A stretch of 64,000 nucleotides of DNA from Pseudomonadota bacterium. Lineage in GTDB: Bacteria; Bdellovibrionota_C; UBA2361; SZUA-149. A program made the translations under genes and the position numbers. Below are positions 8,875-18,830 of this stretch, in pieces (within the stretch, counting starts at the first letter, position 1; each line of letters starts with the position of its first letter). The notes under the pieces are model-generated. The model had not been told where the DNA came from. It searched no databases and worked only from the letters and a program-made list of their open reading frames with translations. The DNA lies in the NCBI GenBank assembly GCA_029555385.1, contig JAKPSH010000207.1, positions 7,092-71,091 on the forward strand, given 5' to 3'.

Positions 8875-9762
8875 TTGATGGCAGAAGCTAAAGCAGTCGT
8901 CGGAATAACAGCCAAGCACGCCCACCCGGAAGCCCTGCCGCTTACCCAAGCGCTTTTGGCTTGGCTTGAAGCGCGCCAAGTGCCGTTTCGCGTGGACAAA
9001 GTGACGGCCCAGAATCTGGGGCTTACTGTGGCCGAGTCTGTACTTATTGCACGCGAATGCCTAAGCACTGAGTGCAGCCCTTTGGTTATCCTCGGCGGAG
9101 ATGGGACTTTCATCAGCGTCTGCCGCCATCCTGCTCCGCGCCCGCCGGTTGTGATCGGCGTCAATCTGGGCACTCTCGGGTTTTTGACCGACATCACCAC
9201 CTCCGAGCTTTACTCCGTACTCGAAGCAGCCTTGGCCGGACGCGCACAAGTTGAGCCGCGCCGGCTCTTGTCTGCGGCGGTCGAGTGCGACGGCATAGAA
9301 ACTGAACGCTTCACGGCTCTCAACGACATTGTCATTTCCAAAGAAACGCTGGCGCGAATTTTTACAACTGATGTTTTTATCGACGGTGCGTTTGCCGCAC
9401 CGCTTCGCGGTGACGGAGTAATTGTGGCAAGCCCAAGCGGCTCAACCGCCTACTCACTTGCTGCGGGCGGGTCGATCGTTCATCCGGGAGTTGATGCCAT
9501 ACTGCTTTCCCCCATCTGTTCGCACTCATTGACCACCCGTCCGCTGGTCCTTCCCGGAAATTCCGTAATCGAGCTCCGCCCGGCCGATATTCGCAATGTC
9601 GGCGCTGTCTTCCTCTCGGTTGACGGCCAAGAAGGCCGCCCGCTTATTGAGGGAGAGCAGGTGCGGGTTACGACAAGCAGCCACAGTTTCCTCTTTGCCA
9701 AATCCCCTTCAAAAAGCTATTACGAGGTGTTAGGCGCAAAGCTGAAATGGGCAGCACGGTAA
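8875..9762 (+). CDS. nadK: NAD+ kinase
   Basis: GGDGT motif, NDIVI and GSTAYSLAAGGSIVHP signature. At 295 aa the length matches. nadK adjacent to recN is a conserved arrangement. Confidence 0.9.
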   Translation: MMAEAKAVVGITAKHAHPEALPLTQALLAWLEARQVPFRVDKVTAQNLGLTVAESVLIARECLSTECSPLVILGGDGTFISVCRHPAPRPPVVIGVNLGTLGFLTDITTSELYSVLEAALAGRAQVEPRRLLSAAVECDGIETERFTALNDIVISKETLARIFTTDVFIDGAFAAPLRGDGVIVASPSGSTAYSLAAGGSIVHPGVDAILLSPICSHSLTTRPLVLPGNSVIELRPADIRNVGAVFLSVDGQEGRPLIEGEQVRVTTSSHSFLFAKSPSKSYYEVLGAKLKWAAR

Positions 9763-9801
9763 GGGCCCGGTATTGGGAAGTTTGTAGCACCCAAGAAAAC
9801 A

Positions 9802-11544
9802 ATGCTCTCAGTTATCCGAATTAAGAATTTTGCGATCGTCGAAGAGGTCGAACTCGAATTCGGTCCCGGTCTCAATGTGATCACCGGAGAGACTGGCGCA
9901 GGCAAATCGATCATCCTCAAAGCCATTGAACTGCTAACCGGCAGGCGCGTCTCAAGTGATATTGTACGCAGCGGCGCCGAACAGTGCATCATTGAAGGTC
10001 TGTTCGAGCTGAGCGCGAGCGCGCGTGCGCAACTGCTCGATACGGCCGATGATGCCGCGCAGCTAATCGACGGGGACGAGGTCTTGGTGCGCAGGGTAAT
10101 CGACCGCTCGGGAAGGAGCAAGACTTATGTCAACGGCAGCATCGTGACCGCCGGACTGCTGCAGGCGCTTACCCAGCCCCTGCTCGACCTGACGGGCCAG
10201 CACGAGCATCAACGCTTGCTGGATGCCGCGGAGCACCTTAATTTACTTGACCAGTTCGGCGTTGATGCCGGGCTGCGGCAGGAAACCGCGAGCGCATACG
10301 CAGCCTTCGCCAAAGCAAAGAAAATACTGGAAACATTCAAGAAAGACAGCGAGCAAAGCCGCCGTTATTTTGAGCACCTGCAAGAAGAAAAGAAAGAGCT
10401 GGACATGGCCGCCATCCAACCCGGTGAGCGGGATGAGCTGGAGCAAGAACTGAAGCGGCTGGCAAACTTCGAAGCACTGAGCAGCCAGGTTAATTCCTCT
10501 TTACTGCTGCTTGAAGATGATACCGAAGGTATTGAAACCAGGTTACAGAAATTAAGCGCAGTGCTTAGTCATTCTGCCGCGCTTGATACGGAGCTCGCCG
10601 CGCTGCTGCCGCTGGTCGACAGCGCGGCGGCGCAGCTTTCTGAAGCGCGCATAATACTGGCTGGCTATGGCAGCTCCCTGGAATGCGAGCCGGGCCGGCT
10701 CGAATACTTGCGCGAGCGCATCGCTGAGATTGCCCGTCTTGAGAGGAAATACGACAAAAAGTCAGACGAGCTGCTCCGCTATCAGCAGCAGATCACGGAA
10801 GCAATAAACGAAATTGGCGCTCAAGGGTTTGACGAACGGCGCTTACAGGAGAACGCCGACGAATGCCGTAGAACCCTTGATGCTCTGGAGCAGCGTCTTA
10901 GCGCTGAGCGGCAAAAAGTAGCGGAAAAACTTTCCCGCGCAGTCGAAGAGGAGCTGGTCCAGCTTAACATGAAGAAGGCCAAGTTCCGGGTGGAGATTGC
11001 CCCCGCGCCATCCAGCGCTAACGGCGCTGATTGCGTACAGTTTCTTCTCGCGGCGAATCCAGGGGAACCTTTCCTGCCGCTGCACAAAGTTGCGTCGGGC
11101 GGCGAACTCTCCCGAATTCTTCTTGTGCTCAAGACTCTGCTCAACCGCCAGCTTAGTCCGGCAACGCAAATTTTCGATGAAATTGACTCGGGCATCGGCG
11201 GAGCAATAGCTCAGGTTGTTGGCGGTAAACTAAAGCGGGTTTCGCAGACCGCCCAGGTGATACTAGTGACACATGCGCCGCAGATTGCGGCCTTTGCCGA
11301 TGAGCACTTCGTGATTAGCAAACAGCCTGTCGATTCGCGCACAGTCGCAAATGTGCACGTTATCGCTGGTGACGACCGCGTTCGCCAAATTGCCGCGATG
11401 ATGGGTGGAAAACAAGTAACGGCAAATTTTGAGCACTCCGCGCGCGAATTGATAAGCCAAGCTGCTGAGTTTTCAGAGAAAGAATTCTCTGAAGGAAAGA
11501 AAAAGCGCGCATTAAACCCTCGCGAAAAAACTGCGGTTATTTGA
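9802..11544 (+). CDS. recN: DNA repair protein RecN (SMC-like ATPase)
   Basis: N-terminal Walker A ITGETGAGKSII, a long coiled-coil middle and a C-terminal signature/Walker B region (…LHKVASGGELSRILLVLK…IFDEIDSGIGG…). 580 aa. Confidence 0.9.
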   Translation: MLSVIRIKNFAIVEEVELEFGPGLNVITGETGAGKSIILKAIELLTGRRVSSDIVRSGAEQCIIEGLFELSASARAQLLDTADDAAQLIDGDEVLVRRVIDRSGRSKTYVNGSIVTAGLLQALTQPLLDLTGQHEHQRLLDAAEHLNLLDQFGVDAGLRQETASAYAAFAKAKKILETFKKDSEQSRRYFEHLQEEKKELDMAAIQPGERDELEQELKRLANFEALSSQVNSSLLLLEDDTEGIETRLQKLSAVLSHSAALDTELAALLPLVDSAAAQLSEARIILAGYGSSLECEPGRLEYLRERIAEIARLERKYDKKSDELLRYQQQITEAINEIGAQGFDERRLQENADECRRTLDALEQRLSAERQKVAEKLSRAVEEELVQLNMKKAKFRVEIAPAPSSANGADCVQFLLAANPGEPFLPLHKVASGGELSRILLVLKTLLNRQLSPATQIFDEIDSGIGGAIAQVVGGKLKRVSQTAQVILVTHAPQIAAFADEHFVISKQPVDSRTVANVHVIAGDDRVRQIAAMMGGKQVTANFEHSARELISQAAEFSEKEFSEGKKKRALNPREKTAVI

Positions 11545-11577
11545 CCCGTTGTCCGAAATCTGCCTAAGTTTGCTGCC

Positions 11578-12807
11578 TTGGTAAGCCGTTTTGCGGTTTT
11601 TCCAGTATTTGGCGATTGTTGTCTTTCTTCCACTTGCTGCGCTGTGCGCAAAGTCACTGCCGCGCGCAGCATGAATGTATTAGACCAGTTGCTGATTTCT
11701 TCGCTCGTTCCTGCGCCGGAGGTTTGCGCAGAGAATGCTTTACGGAGCAAGAAAACCATGGAACAGCAGCAGCAAGAGGATACGAGAATTGTGAGATTTT
11801 TCGGGGCGCGAAATCGCTGGGGCGCCGGCAAGCACGTAAGCGTAATTGTCCTTTTAGGAAAGCAGAACGGATTCACTGTCCGGCTCTCGCCTCGCGCACT
11901 CGTCATGCTCTTTGGTCTTTTCATAAGCGCCGCAGTGTTGGCCATTTGGGCACCGCACACGGCCCAGCAGACCGGAGGAGAACAAACAATCACCGCTTCG
12001 CTTCTTGGGAAGTACTTGACTGAACGCAAGCTGAATTCGCCGGACAAAGAAGCGGACAGCGTAGTTGAGGCGAAAATCAAAATGCTCGTTGAAGAGCATC
12101 AGCGTGTCAAAAAATACGAAGAAGAACTGAAGGCGCGGGCTTCCGCATTAAACACGCTGCTTCGTGAGGCGGTAAAGCTTGACGCCCACCGGTTCGAGAG
12201 CACAAACAACAACGCGCACACGGAAAAGAAGGAACTAGTCGATCCTGACGCATCTGGCGTCGGCGGACGAGAGGTTTCCCGTCACAGTCTGCGGCGTTTC
12301 AAGCCGGCATTCCGGCGGCAGAACATTAAAGTAAAACCCGTTCCGGACGACACCCTAGCCCGGCTCGATTATGAGCACGACCGTCTAACCCGAATGCCAG
12401 TCGGCCTGCCCGTTTTTGCGAAGAAAACGTCGGGATATGGCTGGCGCCGTTCGCCGTATGGCGGCAGGACAAAGTTTCACAGCGGCGTCGATTATGCCGT
12501 AGAAAGCGGCGCTCCTGTCGTTGCCACCGGTGATGGTGTTGTACGTTCCGCAAGCTATGAAGGGGCATTAGGCAGCACAGTGCGTGTTGACCATGGAGAC
12601 GGAATCGAAACGGTATACGCTCATTTGTCCCGTATCACGGTGAAATCCGGTCAGAGGATCTGCCGCAGCCAACAGATCGGACTTGTCGGAGCTTCCGGAC
12701 GTGCAACCGGCCCGCACTTGCATTACGAGGTGCTGATTAACGGCGAACCGCACAATCCGGAGCGCTTCGTTCAGCTTGCAAGATTTCTCCGATTTGTTAA
12801 TATCTGA
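11578..12807 (+). CDS. M23-family metallopeptidase (LytM-domain murein endopeptidase-like)
   Basis: C-terminal LytM motifs HSGVDYA…, …VRVDHGDGIETVYAHLS… and …GASGRATGPHLHYEV…. N-terminal TM/coiled-coil. The start is uncertain (internal Mets at 11671 and 11758). Confidence 0.8.
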   Translation: MVSRFAVFPVFGDCCLSSTCCAVRKVTAARSMNVLDQLLISSLVPAPEVCAENALRSKKTMEQQQQEDTRIVRFFGARNRWGAGKHVSVIVLLGKQNGFTVRLSPRALVMLFGLFISAAVLAIWAPHTAQQTGGEQTITASLLGKYLTERKLNSPDKEADSVVEAKIKMLVEEHQRVKKYEEELKARASALNTLLREAVKLDAHRFESTNNNAHTEKKELVDPDASGVGGREVSRHSLRRFKPAFRRQNIKVKPVPDDTLARLDYEHDRLTRMPVGLPVFAKKTSGYGWRRSPYGGRTKFHSGVDYAVESGAPVVATGDGVVRSASYEGALGSTVRVDHGDGIETVYAHLSRITVKSGQRICRSQQIGLVGASGRATGPHLHYEVLINGEPHNPERFVQLARFLRFVNI

Positions 12808-12832
12808 CCGGCTTTAGCAGGCCGCTTATTTT

Positions 12833-12905
12833 GGGCCCATAGCTCAGCTGGGAGAGCGCTGCGTTCGCAATGCAGAGGCCGGCGGTTCGATCCCGCCTGG
12901 GTCCA
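12833..12905 (+). tRNA. tRNA-Ala (anticodon CGC)
   Basis: Cloverleaf: acceptor GGGCCCA/TGGGTCC with the G3:U70 alanine identity pair, D-arm GCTC-AGCTGGGA-GAGC, anticodon arm CTGCG-TTCGCAA-TGCAG (anticodon CGC), T-arm GGCGG-TTCGATC-CCGCC, discriminator A. CCA is not encoded. Confidence 0.85.
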
Positions 12906-12923
12906 CACTTCGCCCCCTCGGAG

Positions 12924-13250
12924 CTATTCGCTCCTCAGGGTGCTGCGCGTGCTAAGCCACCACTTCCTCACCAAGGGCAGTGACTGTGTCGAAAGGAAAT
13001 AGCCAATCGTTGGAATCAGGGCGTTGCGCAGACAATTGGGGACTCCAATCAGAAAGAAAACTATAGCGGTGACAACGTAAGTAGCGAGCACCAGGAACAA
13101 TACACGCGTACCGGAGACCTCCCAGGCCTTATCCGCCTCAACCCGCTGATTTCTGCTCTGAATGATCTCAATCTGCCTTTCGAGCGCTTCCAGGCGCCGG
13201 CGCATTTCGTCAAGCAAGAGACTGAGCTGTTTTTCCTCGGCGGTATTCAT
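12924..13250 (-). CDS. hypothetical small membrane protein with N-terminal coiled-coil
   Basis: 108 aa with a charged coiled-coil N-terminus and two hydrophobic helices. Confidence 0.35.
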   Translation of the reverse strand: MNTAEEKQLSLLLDEMRRRLEALERQIEIIQSRNQRVEADKAWEVSGTRVLFLVLATYVVTAIVFFLIGVPNCLRNALIPTIGYFLSTQSLPLVRKWWLSTRSTLRSE

Positions 13251-13265
13251 CGCGAGCGCTCCCCA

Positions 13266-14252
13266 CTACTCGTTGGCCAAGCTGACCTTGACGCGCCCCA
13301 CACGCTGCTCGCGAATCTCGTGGTTGAGCAGTAAGAGCATGGATAGGCACACCGGCACCAAGTAATAAATAATCCGGTAGGCGATAAGACAGCCGAGCAC
13401 TTGATTCGGTCCAATTTGCTCGCCGAGAAAGAAAACCAGCATCGTCTCATAAACCCCCAAACCGCCGGGCACATGGCTGAGAATGCCGATTACCTGACCG
13501 ATCAGGAACACGCCCGCAAAATGGATAAAGCTCACTTGATCGACAGGAAGAAGCACGTAATTCACGCTGGTCGCAAACATCCAATCAACCGCCGCGATTA
13601 TCAGTGCGATGAGCGTCAGCTTGACCGAAGGAAAAGGCCATTCCCATCGCCTAATCCGCAGCGGCCTGGTCCTTAAAGCGCAGGCCAGCACATAAACGAC
13701 AACCACAGCAATGAATATCAGACCAAGCACGACGAGACTCGATGACGGCAAACTTAAACTCGACGGAAGCGGTGGCGGGTCAATGAGCAACACAAGCCCC
13801 GTGAGCAGAAAAAACCCCAGCCAATACGTAATCCCGCTGAACAATATTGCGCGCGCCACCTGCCCCGCGCTAAGCCCCCAACTTGAAAACAAGCGGTAAC
13901 GTGCCGCACCGCCGGAGACGAAAGAAAATCCCAAATTATGACTGATCGTATAGCCAACAAAGGACGCCAAGGCGATGCGCGGATAACTCAGACGCTCCCC
14001 GACGTAAACTATCGCGGTCACATCATAAAGCGTCAGGACCAGATAGCTCACCACGGTCAGCCCGATCGCTAACACCACTTGCTTCCAGCCAATACTGCGG
14101 AACTCCTCGATAACTTGAAAAAAATCAAGGCGGGCAAACTCGTGTGAAAGTACCCAAAGCGAGGCACAAAACAGAGTCAACCCGATCGCGGGCCCAATAA
14201 ACCGTGTTGCTGACTTACTCATACCATTGATTAATGCGAAATAGAGGGGCAT
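13266..14252 (-). CDS. lysylphosphatidylglycerol-synthase-like (MprF flippase-domain / UPF0104) integral membrane protein
   Basis: About 8 TM helices with an MprF-TM-like pattern (…GVFLIGQVIGILSHVPGGLGVYE…). An alternative start is MSKSATRF at 14222. Confidence 0.5.
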   Translation of the reverse strand: MPLYFALINGMSKSATRFIGPAIGLTLFCASLWVLSHEFARLDFFQVIEEFRSIGWKQVVLAIGLTVVSYLVLTLYDVTAIVYVGERLSYPRIALASFVGYTISHNLGFSFVSGGAARYRLFSSWGLSAGQVARAILFSGITYWLGFFLLTGLVLLIDPPPLPSSLSLPSSSLVVLGLIFIAVVVVYVLACALRTRPLRIRRWEWPFPSVKLTLIALIIAAVDWMFATSVNYVLLPVDQVSFIHFAGVFLIGQVIGILSHVPGGLGVYETMLVFFLGEQIGPNQVLGCLIAYRIIYYLVPVCLSMLLLLNHEIREQRVGRVKVSLANE

Positions 14253-14454
14253 TCGTCAATGGCAAGAAAAATTAACTGCAATTTCACAAAAGTTGCCGGC
14301 CGCAAGAAATTGCGGCCGCCGTGAAACAGCTTGATTATACTTAACGATGCGGGCTTATATGATCGCAAAATTGCTGCGCTGCGCAAAAACCCTTCGCCCC
14401 CCTGCCCTGCCGCCCGTTCAGCACTCCGGACCAACAAAGTGCCGGCGGCGCTGC

Positions 14455-14497
14455 GCCTTTAGCACCCGGCAGCATCGTTCTGGGCGAAGCCTCTGGA
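14455..14497 (+). repeat. solo copy of the terminal repeat of the 58.1-58.7 kb MITE-like family
   Basis: gcctttagcacccggcagcatcgttctgggcgaagcctctgga matches 58652-58694 at 41 of 43 positions. The shared upstream gccggcggcg extends the similarity to about 55 bp. Confidence 0.55.
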
Positions 14498-14619
14498 GCA
14501 CACAGCAAAAACAATATTGAATCGCTTATTTTCGGACAAGCTCGGGTGAGCTTTCCTCGTCATACCGGGCCGCCCGCGATTAAAACACGAAGAGGAGCTT
14601 GCTGACCTTTCAGCCCGGC

Positions 14620-15063
14620 TTACGCATAATGGCCAAGTATATAATTCTGCATCTGCCGGTTCTCAGAAACTGCTTCATCAAGCTGACCCTTGACCACGTC
14701 GCCGATCGAGATAATGCCGAGAAGTTTTCCACTTTCCATGATCGGCAAGTGACGAATCCTGTTGTTGGTCATGATCTCCATCACGTCCTGAATCGTATTA
14801 TCTTCCGATCCCAGAATCATCTTCTCCCGCGGAGTCATCACATGGCGCACCTGCATTTCAAACAGCTTCTCACGCACATTATAGGCGGTACGCAGAATAT
14901 CACGTTCCGAGATAATGCCGATCAAAGCGCTATCCTCACCCAGTACGAGCAGCGAGCTGACCCGCCGCTCAGTAAGCAGTTTAACCGCGTCATACAGCGT
15001 GCTCGATGGACTGATACTGACAATCGCGTTGCCTTTGCTCTTCAACAGGTCTCTTACGATCAT
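14620..15063 (-). CDS. CBS-domain pair protein
   Basis: Two CBS motifs (…VSISPSSTLYDAVKLLTERRVSSLLV… and …IQDVMEIMTNNRIRHLPIME…GIISIGDVVK…). 147 aa. Confidence 0.8.
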   Translation of the reverse strand: MIVRDLLKSKGNAIVSISPSSTLYDAVKLLTERRVSSLLVLGEDSALIGIISERDILRTAYNVREKLFEMQVRHVMTPREKMILGSEDNTIQDVMEIMTNNRIRHLPIMESGKLLGIISIGDVVKGQLDEAVSENRQMQNYILGHYA

Positions 15064-15224
15064 GTCTCCTCCCGTGCTAGCTCATTGTGGTTGGAAAAAC
15101 ACTGCACACGCAGCCGCTTGGAACAATTCTACAGCGCGCTAAAGTACTTGGCATCAGGTGCTCACAAAAAAAATGCGCCACCCCCCCATCACGCCCTAAA
15201 CTGCTGAAACCACGCGTTTTTCAA

Positions 15225-15794
15225 TTAATGGCGCAGCGAAACGCCCCATTTGTCAGCCCATTGCCGGGCGGCTTCTTTTGAAACAAGGCATGCGGCAATG
15301 GTCAGTGCGAACTCAAGCGCGGCTCCCGGACCATTGCCCGTAATCAAATTGCCGTCCACGCTCACCGGCTCGTGAGTTAAAACCGCACCGCTTGCCGCAA
15401 GCTTGCCGTTGAACCCAGGGTCTCCCGCCGAACGCCTGCCGCTAAGCACTTGCGCCGCCTCGCCGAGAACATGGCTGGGCGCAGCACAGATTGCACATAC
15501 AAGCTTCCCCGCAGACATAAACTCCTGCACCAGCGCAATTACCCGCGGATCCGCCGCCAGGCTTTGCGCGTTGCGTTTTCCCCCGGGACATATAATTGCA
15601 TCAAACTCACCTTGAACAGCACTGACCGTTGTATCTGGTACAATTACTGTACCGTAAGCCGCACGGACCGGTCCCGGCACAACTGATGCTGTCACGACTT
15701 CAACCCCCACCCGGTTCAACACATCAATCGGCGCTACGGCTTCAATGTCCTCAAAACCCTCCGCTAACACGACTAATGCTCTCTTCTTTTCCAT
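15225..15794 (-). CDS. DJ-1/PfpI-family protein (class I glutamine amidotransferase-like)
   Basis: …ALVVLAEGFEDIE…, nucleophile-elbow …AICAAP… and …ICPGG…. 189 aa. Confidence 0.85.
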   Translation of the reverse strand: MEKKRALVVLAEGFEDIEAVAPIDVLNRVGVEVVTASVVPGPVRAAYGTVIVPDTTVSAVQGEFDAIICPGGKRNAQSLAADPRVIALVQEFMSAGKLVCAICAAPSHVLGEAAQVLSGRRSAGDPGFNGKLAASGAVLTHEPVSVDGNLITGNGPGAALEFALTIAACLVSKEAARQWADKWGVSLRH

Positions 15795-15855
15795 CGTTTA
15801 TTCCTCCGGCGCTATAAGAGACGTGTCACAAAATCCAGCGCCCCCGTCATTCTCT

Positions 15856-15891
15856 AAAAAAAAAGCGCCGGCTGCAACCGCAGCCAGCGCT
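15856..15891 (-). terminator. rho-independent terminator downstream of ppdK
   Basis: On the minus strand the sequence GCUGGCUGC-GGUU-GCAGCCGGC (9-bp stem with one G-U pair) is followed by a U9 run, 35 nt after the ppdK stop. Confidence 0.6.
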
Positions 15892-15928
15892 CATGCTCAC
15901 CAGCGCGATTCCCGCGCGCCAGCCTTGA

Positions 15929-18643
15929 TTATTTACCGCCCTTAATCGCCGCATGTGCGGCAGCAAGCCGTGCGATGGGCACGCGGTATGGTGAGCAGCT
16001 AACATAGTTCAAACCACTCCGGAAGCAGAAATCGACGGAAGCCGGGTCTCCGCCCTGTTCGCCGCAGATGCCGATTTTCAGTTCTCCTCGCGTGGCCCGG
16101 CCTTTGGTTACTGCCATCTGAATCAACTGACCAACTCCGGACTGGTCAATTGTCTGGAACGGGTCTGCCTCAAGCACGCTCCGCTCCAGATAGTCCGGCA
16201 GGAATCCGCCAATGTCATCCCGGCTGAAGCCGAAAGTCATTTGCGTCAGGTCGTTTGTGCCGAATGAGAAAAATTGCGCGGTTTTCGCCATCTCATCGGC
16301 AAGCAGACACGCCCGCGGAATTTCAATCATCGTCCCATAGAGATATTTAATCTCTACGCCGAGCGCCTTCTCAACGTCTGCATGCACCTGATCCACGATC
16401 TTCTTCGTCTGCTCCAGCTCCGCGACCGCACAGGTCACCGGAACCATAATCTCCGGGTAGGCTTTCTTGCCCGCCTTGAGCAGCTCACCGGCGCCTTCGA
16501 AAATCGCCCGCACTTGCATTTCCGTCACTTCTGGATAGCTGATGCCAAGGCGCACACCGCGGTGTCCCATCATCGGGTTGGTTTCATGCAGCAACTCGCC
16601 GCGCTTTTTAATGTCCGCTACGGAGATACCGAGCGCTTTGGCCAGCTCCGACTGCGCTGCTTCGGCCTGAGGCACAAACTCGTGAAGCGGCGGATCAAGC
16701 AGCCGAATTGTCACTGGCAAGCCATCCATCGCTTCCAGCGTAGCCTTCATGTCACGTTTCACAAACGGATACAGTTCGGCAAGCGCCGCCCGGCGTTCCG
16801 CTTCTGTGCTGCTGAGAATCATTTTGCGCAGCAAAAACAGCGGCTCGTCCGCACCTTTGCCGTAAAACATGTGCTCAGTGCGGAACAACCCAATTCCTTC
16901 CGCGCCGAAATCGCGCGCAACTCTGGCATCCTCCGGCGTATCGGCATTGGTGCGCACGCCCATCGTGCGGAACTTATCGACCATTTGCATAAACGCTTTA
17001 AATCGCGGATTCTCCGTCGCATCAATCATCTTCAGCGCGCCGGTATAAACCCGGCCTCGCGTACCGTTGAGGGTAATGAGATCCCCTTCCTTCAGCGTCT
17101 TACCGCCTGCCGATACCGATTTCGCACTCATATTGATTTCCATGCCGCCCGCGCCAACGATGCAGCATTTGCCCCAACCCCGTGCCACAAGCGCCGCGTG
17201 GCTCGTCATTCCGCCGCGGGCCGTGAGAATACCCTCAGCGGCACGCATTCCTTCAACGTCCTCTGGATTGGTCTCTTCGCGGACCAGGATCACCTTTTCG
17301 CCGCGCTTGGCCCAGGCCACCGCATCGGCGGAGCTAAAAACGATCTTTCCGCAAGCACCGCCGGGACCCGCTGGCAGACCACTCACAAGCACTGCTGCGC
17401 TTTTCTCCGCCGCCGGGTCAACTATTGGATGAAGCAGCTCATCAAGCTGGGACGGTTCAACGCGCGTCACCGCGGTCTTTTCGTCAATCAGCTTTTCTTC
17501 AATCATATCCATCGCCATGTTCAGCGCCGCAGTACCTGTTCGCTTTCCGACCCGACACTGCAGCATATAAAGCTTCTTTTCCTGCACCGTGAACTCAATA
17601 TCCTGCATGTCCTTGTAATGGTTCTCCAAGGTTGTGCGAATATCGTAAAGCTGCTTGTAAGTCTCCGGCCATTCTGTCTCGAGGGAAGACAAGTGCTTGT
17701 TCTGCTCATTCTTTGTCGCTTCGTTCAACGGATTCGGAGTGCGGATACCGGCAACCACATCCTCACCCTGGGCGTTGACTAACCACTCGCCGTAGAACTT
17801 GTTCTCTCCGGTCGCGGGGTTTCGCGAAAACGCGACACCAGTAGCGGAAGTTTCACCCATGTTGCCAAAGACCATCGCCTGCACATTGCAGGCCGTACCC
17901 CATTCCTCCGGAATACCTTCAATCTGCCGGTAGGCCACAGCGCGCCGGCCCTGCCAGCTCTTAAACACAGCACCGATACCGCCCCAGAGCTGCGCCTGAG
18001 GGTCATCCGGGAAATCGCGGCCCAATACTTCTTTTACTTTGGCTTTGAAACTTTCGCAGAGCTTCTTCAGATCATCCGCCGTCAGGTCTGTATCTGCGCT
18101 ATAACCTTTGGACTTCTTCATCTGCTCCATCAGGTGCTCAAGCTGGACCCGGATGCCGCGGCCTTCCGCGGGGTCGATATCCTCTGCTTTCTCCATCACG
18201 ACGTCCGAATACATCATGATTAAGCGTCGGTAAGCATCGTAAACGAACCGCTCATTATTTGTTTTCTTGATCAAGCCCGGAATGGTCTTGGAGCAGAGCC
18301 CTACATTGAGCACTGTCTCCATCATTCCCGGCATAGAGCGCCGAGCACCACTGCGGCAGGAAATAAGCAGCGCGTTCCCGGTGTCGCCGAACTTCATGCC
18401 CATCGCGTCCTCAGTTTTCTGGAGCGCCTCGGCTACTTCTTGCTTCAACGAATCCGGAAAAGTGCGGCCCTCTTGGAAATACCGCGTGCAAAATTCTGTA
18501 GAAATCGTGAATCCGGCGGGCACCGGCAGGCCGAGCTTGGCCATCTCCGCCAGGTTGGCACCCTTGCCGCCCAGCAGATTCTTCATACTTGCATCGCCAT
18601 CGGTGAACTTAGGACCGAAAGAATAGACGTACTTGGTACTCAT
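15929..18643 (-). CDS. ppdK: pyruvate, phosphate dikinase
   Basis: 904 aa. N-terminal ATP-grasp (MSTKYVYSFGPKFTDGDASMKNLLGGKGANLAEM), the phospho-His domain (…GGMTSHAALVARGWGKCCIVG…) and a C-terminal PEP-utilising TIM barrel (…FSFGTNDLTQ…). The 502-aa antisense ORF 16274..17782 is spurious. Confidence 0.95.
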   Translation of the reverse strand: MSTKYVYSFGPKFTDGDASMKNLLGGKGANLAEMAKLGLPVPAGFTISTEFCTRYFQEGRTFPDSLKQEVAEALQKTEDAMGMKFGDTGNALLISCRSGARRSMPGMMETVLNVGLCSKTIPGLIKKTNNERFVYDAYRRLIMMYSDVVMEKAEDIDPAEGRGIRVQLEHLMEQMKKSKGYSADTDLTADDLKKLCESFKAKVKEVLGRDFPDDPQAQLWGGIGAVFKSWQGRRAVAYRQIEGIPEEWGTACNVQAMVFGNMGETSATGVAFSRNPATGENKFYGEWLVNAQGEDVVAGIRTPNPLNEATKNEQNKHLSSLETEWPETYKQLYDIRTTLENHYKDMQDIEFTVQEKKLYMLQCRVGKRTGTAALNMAMDMIEEKLIDEKTAVTRVEPSQLDELLHPIVDPAAEKSAAVLVSGLPAGPGGACGKIVFSSADAVAWAKRGEKVILVREETNPEDVEGMRAAEGILTARGGMTSHAALVARGWGKCCIVGAGGMEINMSAKSVSAGGKTLKEGDLITLNGTRGRVYTGALKMIDATENPRFKAFMQMVDKFRTMGVRTNADTPEDARVARDFGAEGIGLFRTEHMFYGKGADEPLFLLRKMILSSTEAERRAALAELYPFVKRDMKATLEAMDGLPVTIRLLDPPLHEFVPQAEAAQSELAKALGISVADIKKRGELLHETNPMMGHRGVRLGISYPEVTEMQVRAIFEGAGELLKAGKKAYPEIMVPVTCAVAELEQTKKIVDQVHADVEKALGVEIKYLYGTMIEIPRACLLADEMAKTAQFFSFGTNDLTQMTFGFSRDDIGGFLPDYLERSVLEADPFQTIDQSGVGQLIQMAVTKGRATRGELKIGICGEQGGDPASVDFCFRSGLNYVSCSPYRVPIARLAAAHAAIKGGK

Positions 18644-18830
18644 TGTTCTAGATTCCCTTTTTCTGATTATTGAGAAATCGGATTTTACTAACTAATTTGG
18701 TGCCCCGGCACTTCCGATACACGGCCAAAGACGGCTAGAAACTAACAACCTCACCCTAACCAGTCAAGAAAGGGAATCATAGCCCGGAGCATGCTTCTCT
18801 GAAAGATTCTTAGCGGATTACTGAGCTTCT

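Noticed and set aside
11545-11600. Possible terminator after recN (gccgttttgcggttttt)
   Set aside because: The stem is only 3-4 bp, which is too weak to call.
16274-17782. 502-aa ORF antisense to ppdK, and similar long antisense ORFs (458..1186, 6366..7151, 29222..29941, 32624..33517, 35459..36376, 38938..39963, 53137..53661)
   Set aside because: Arg/His/Pro-rich low-complexity translations typical of the antisense frame of high-GC genes. Each is fully contained in a confidently identified gene on the other strand.
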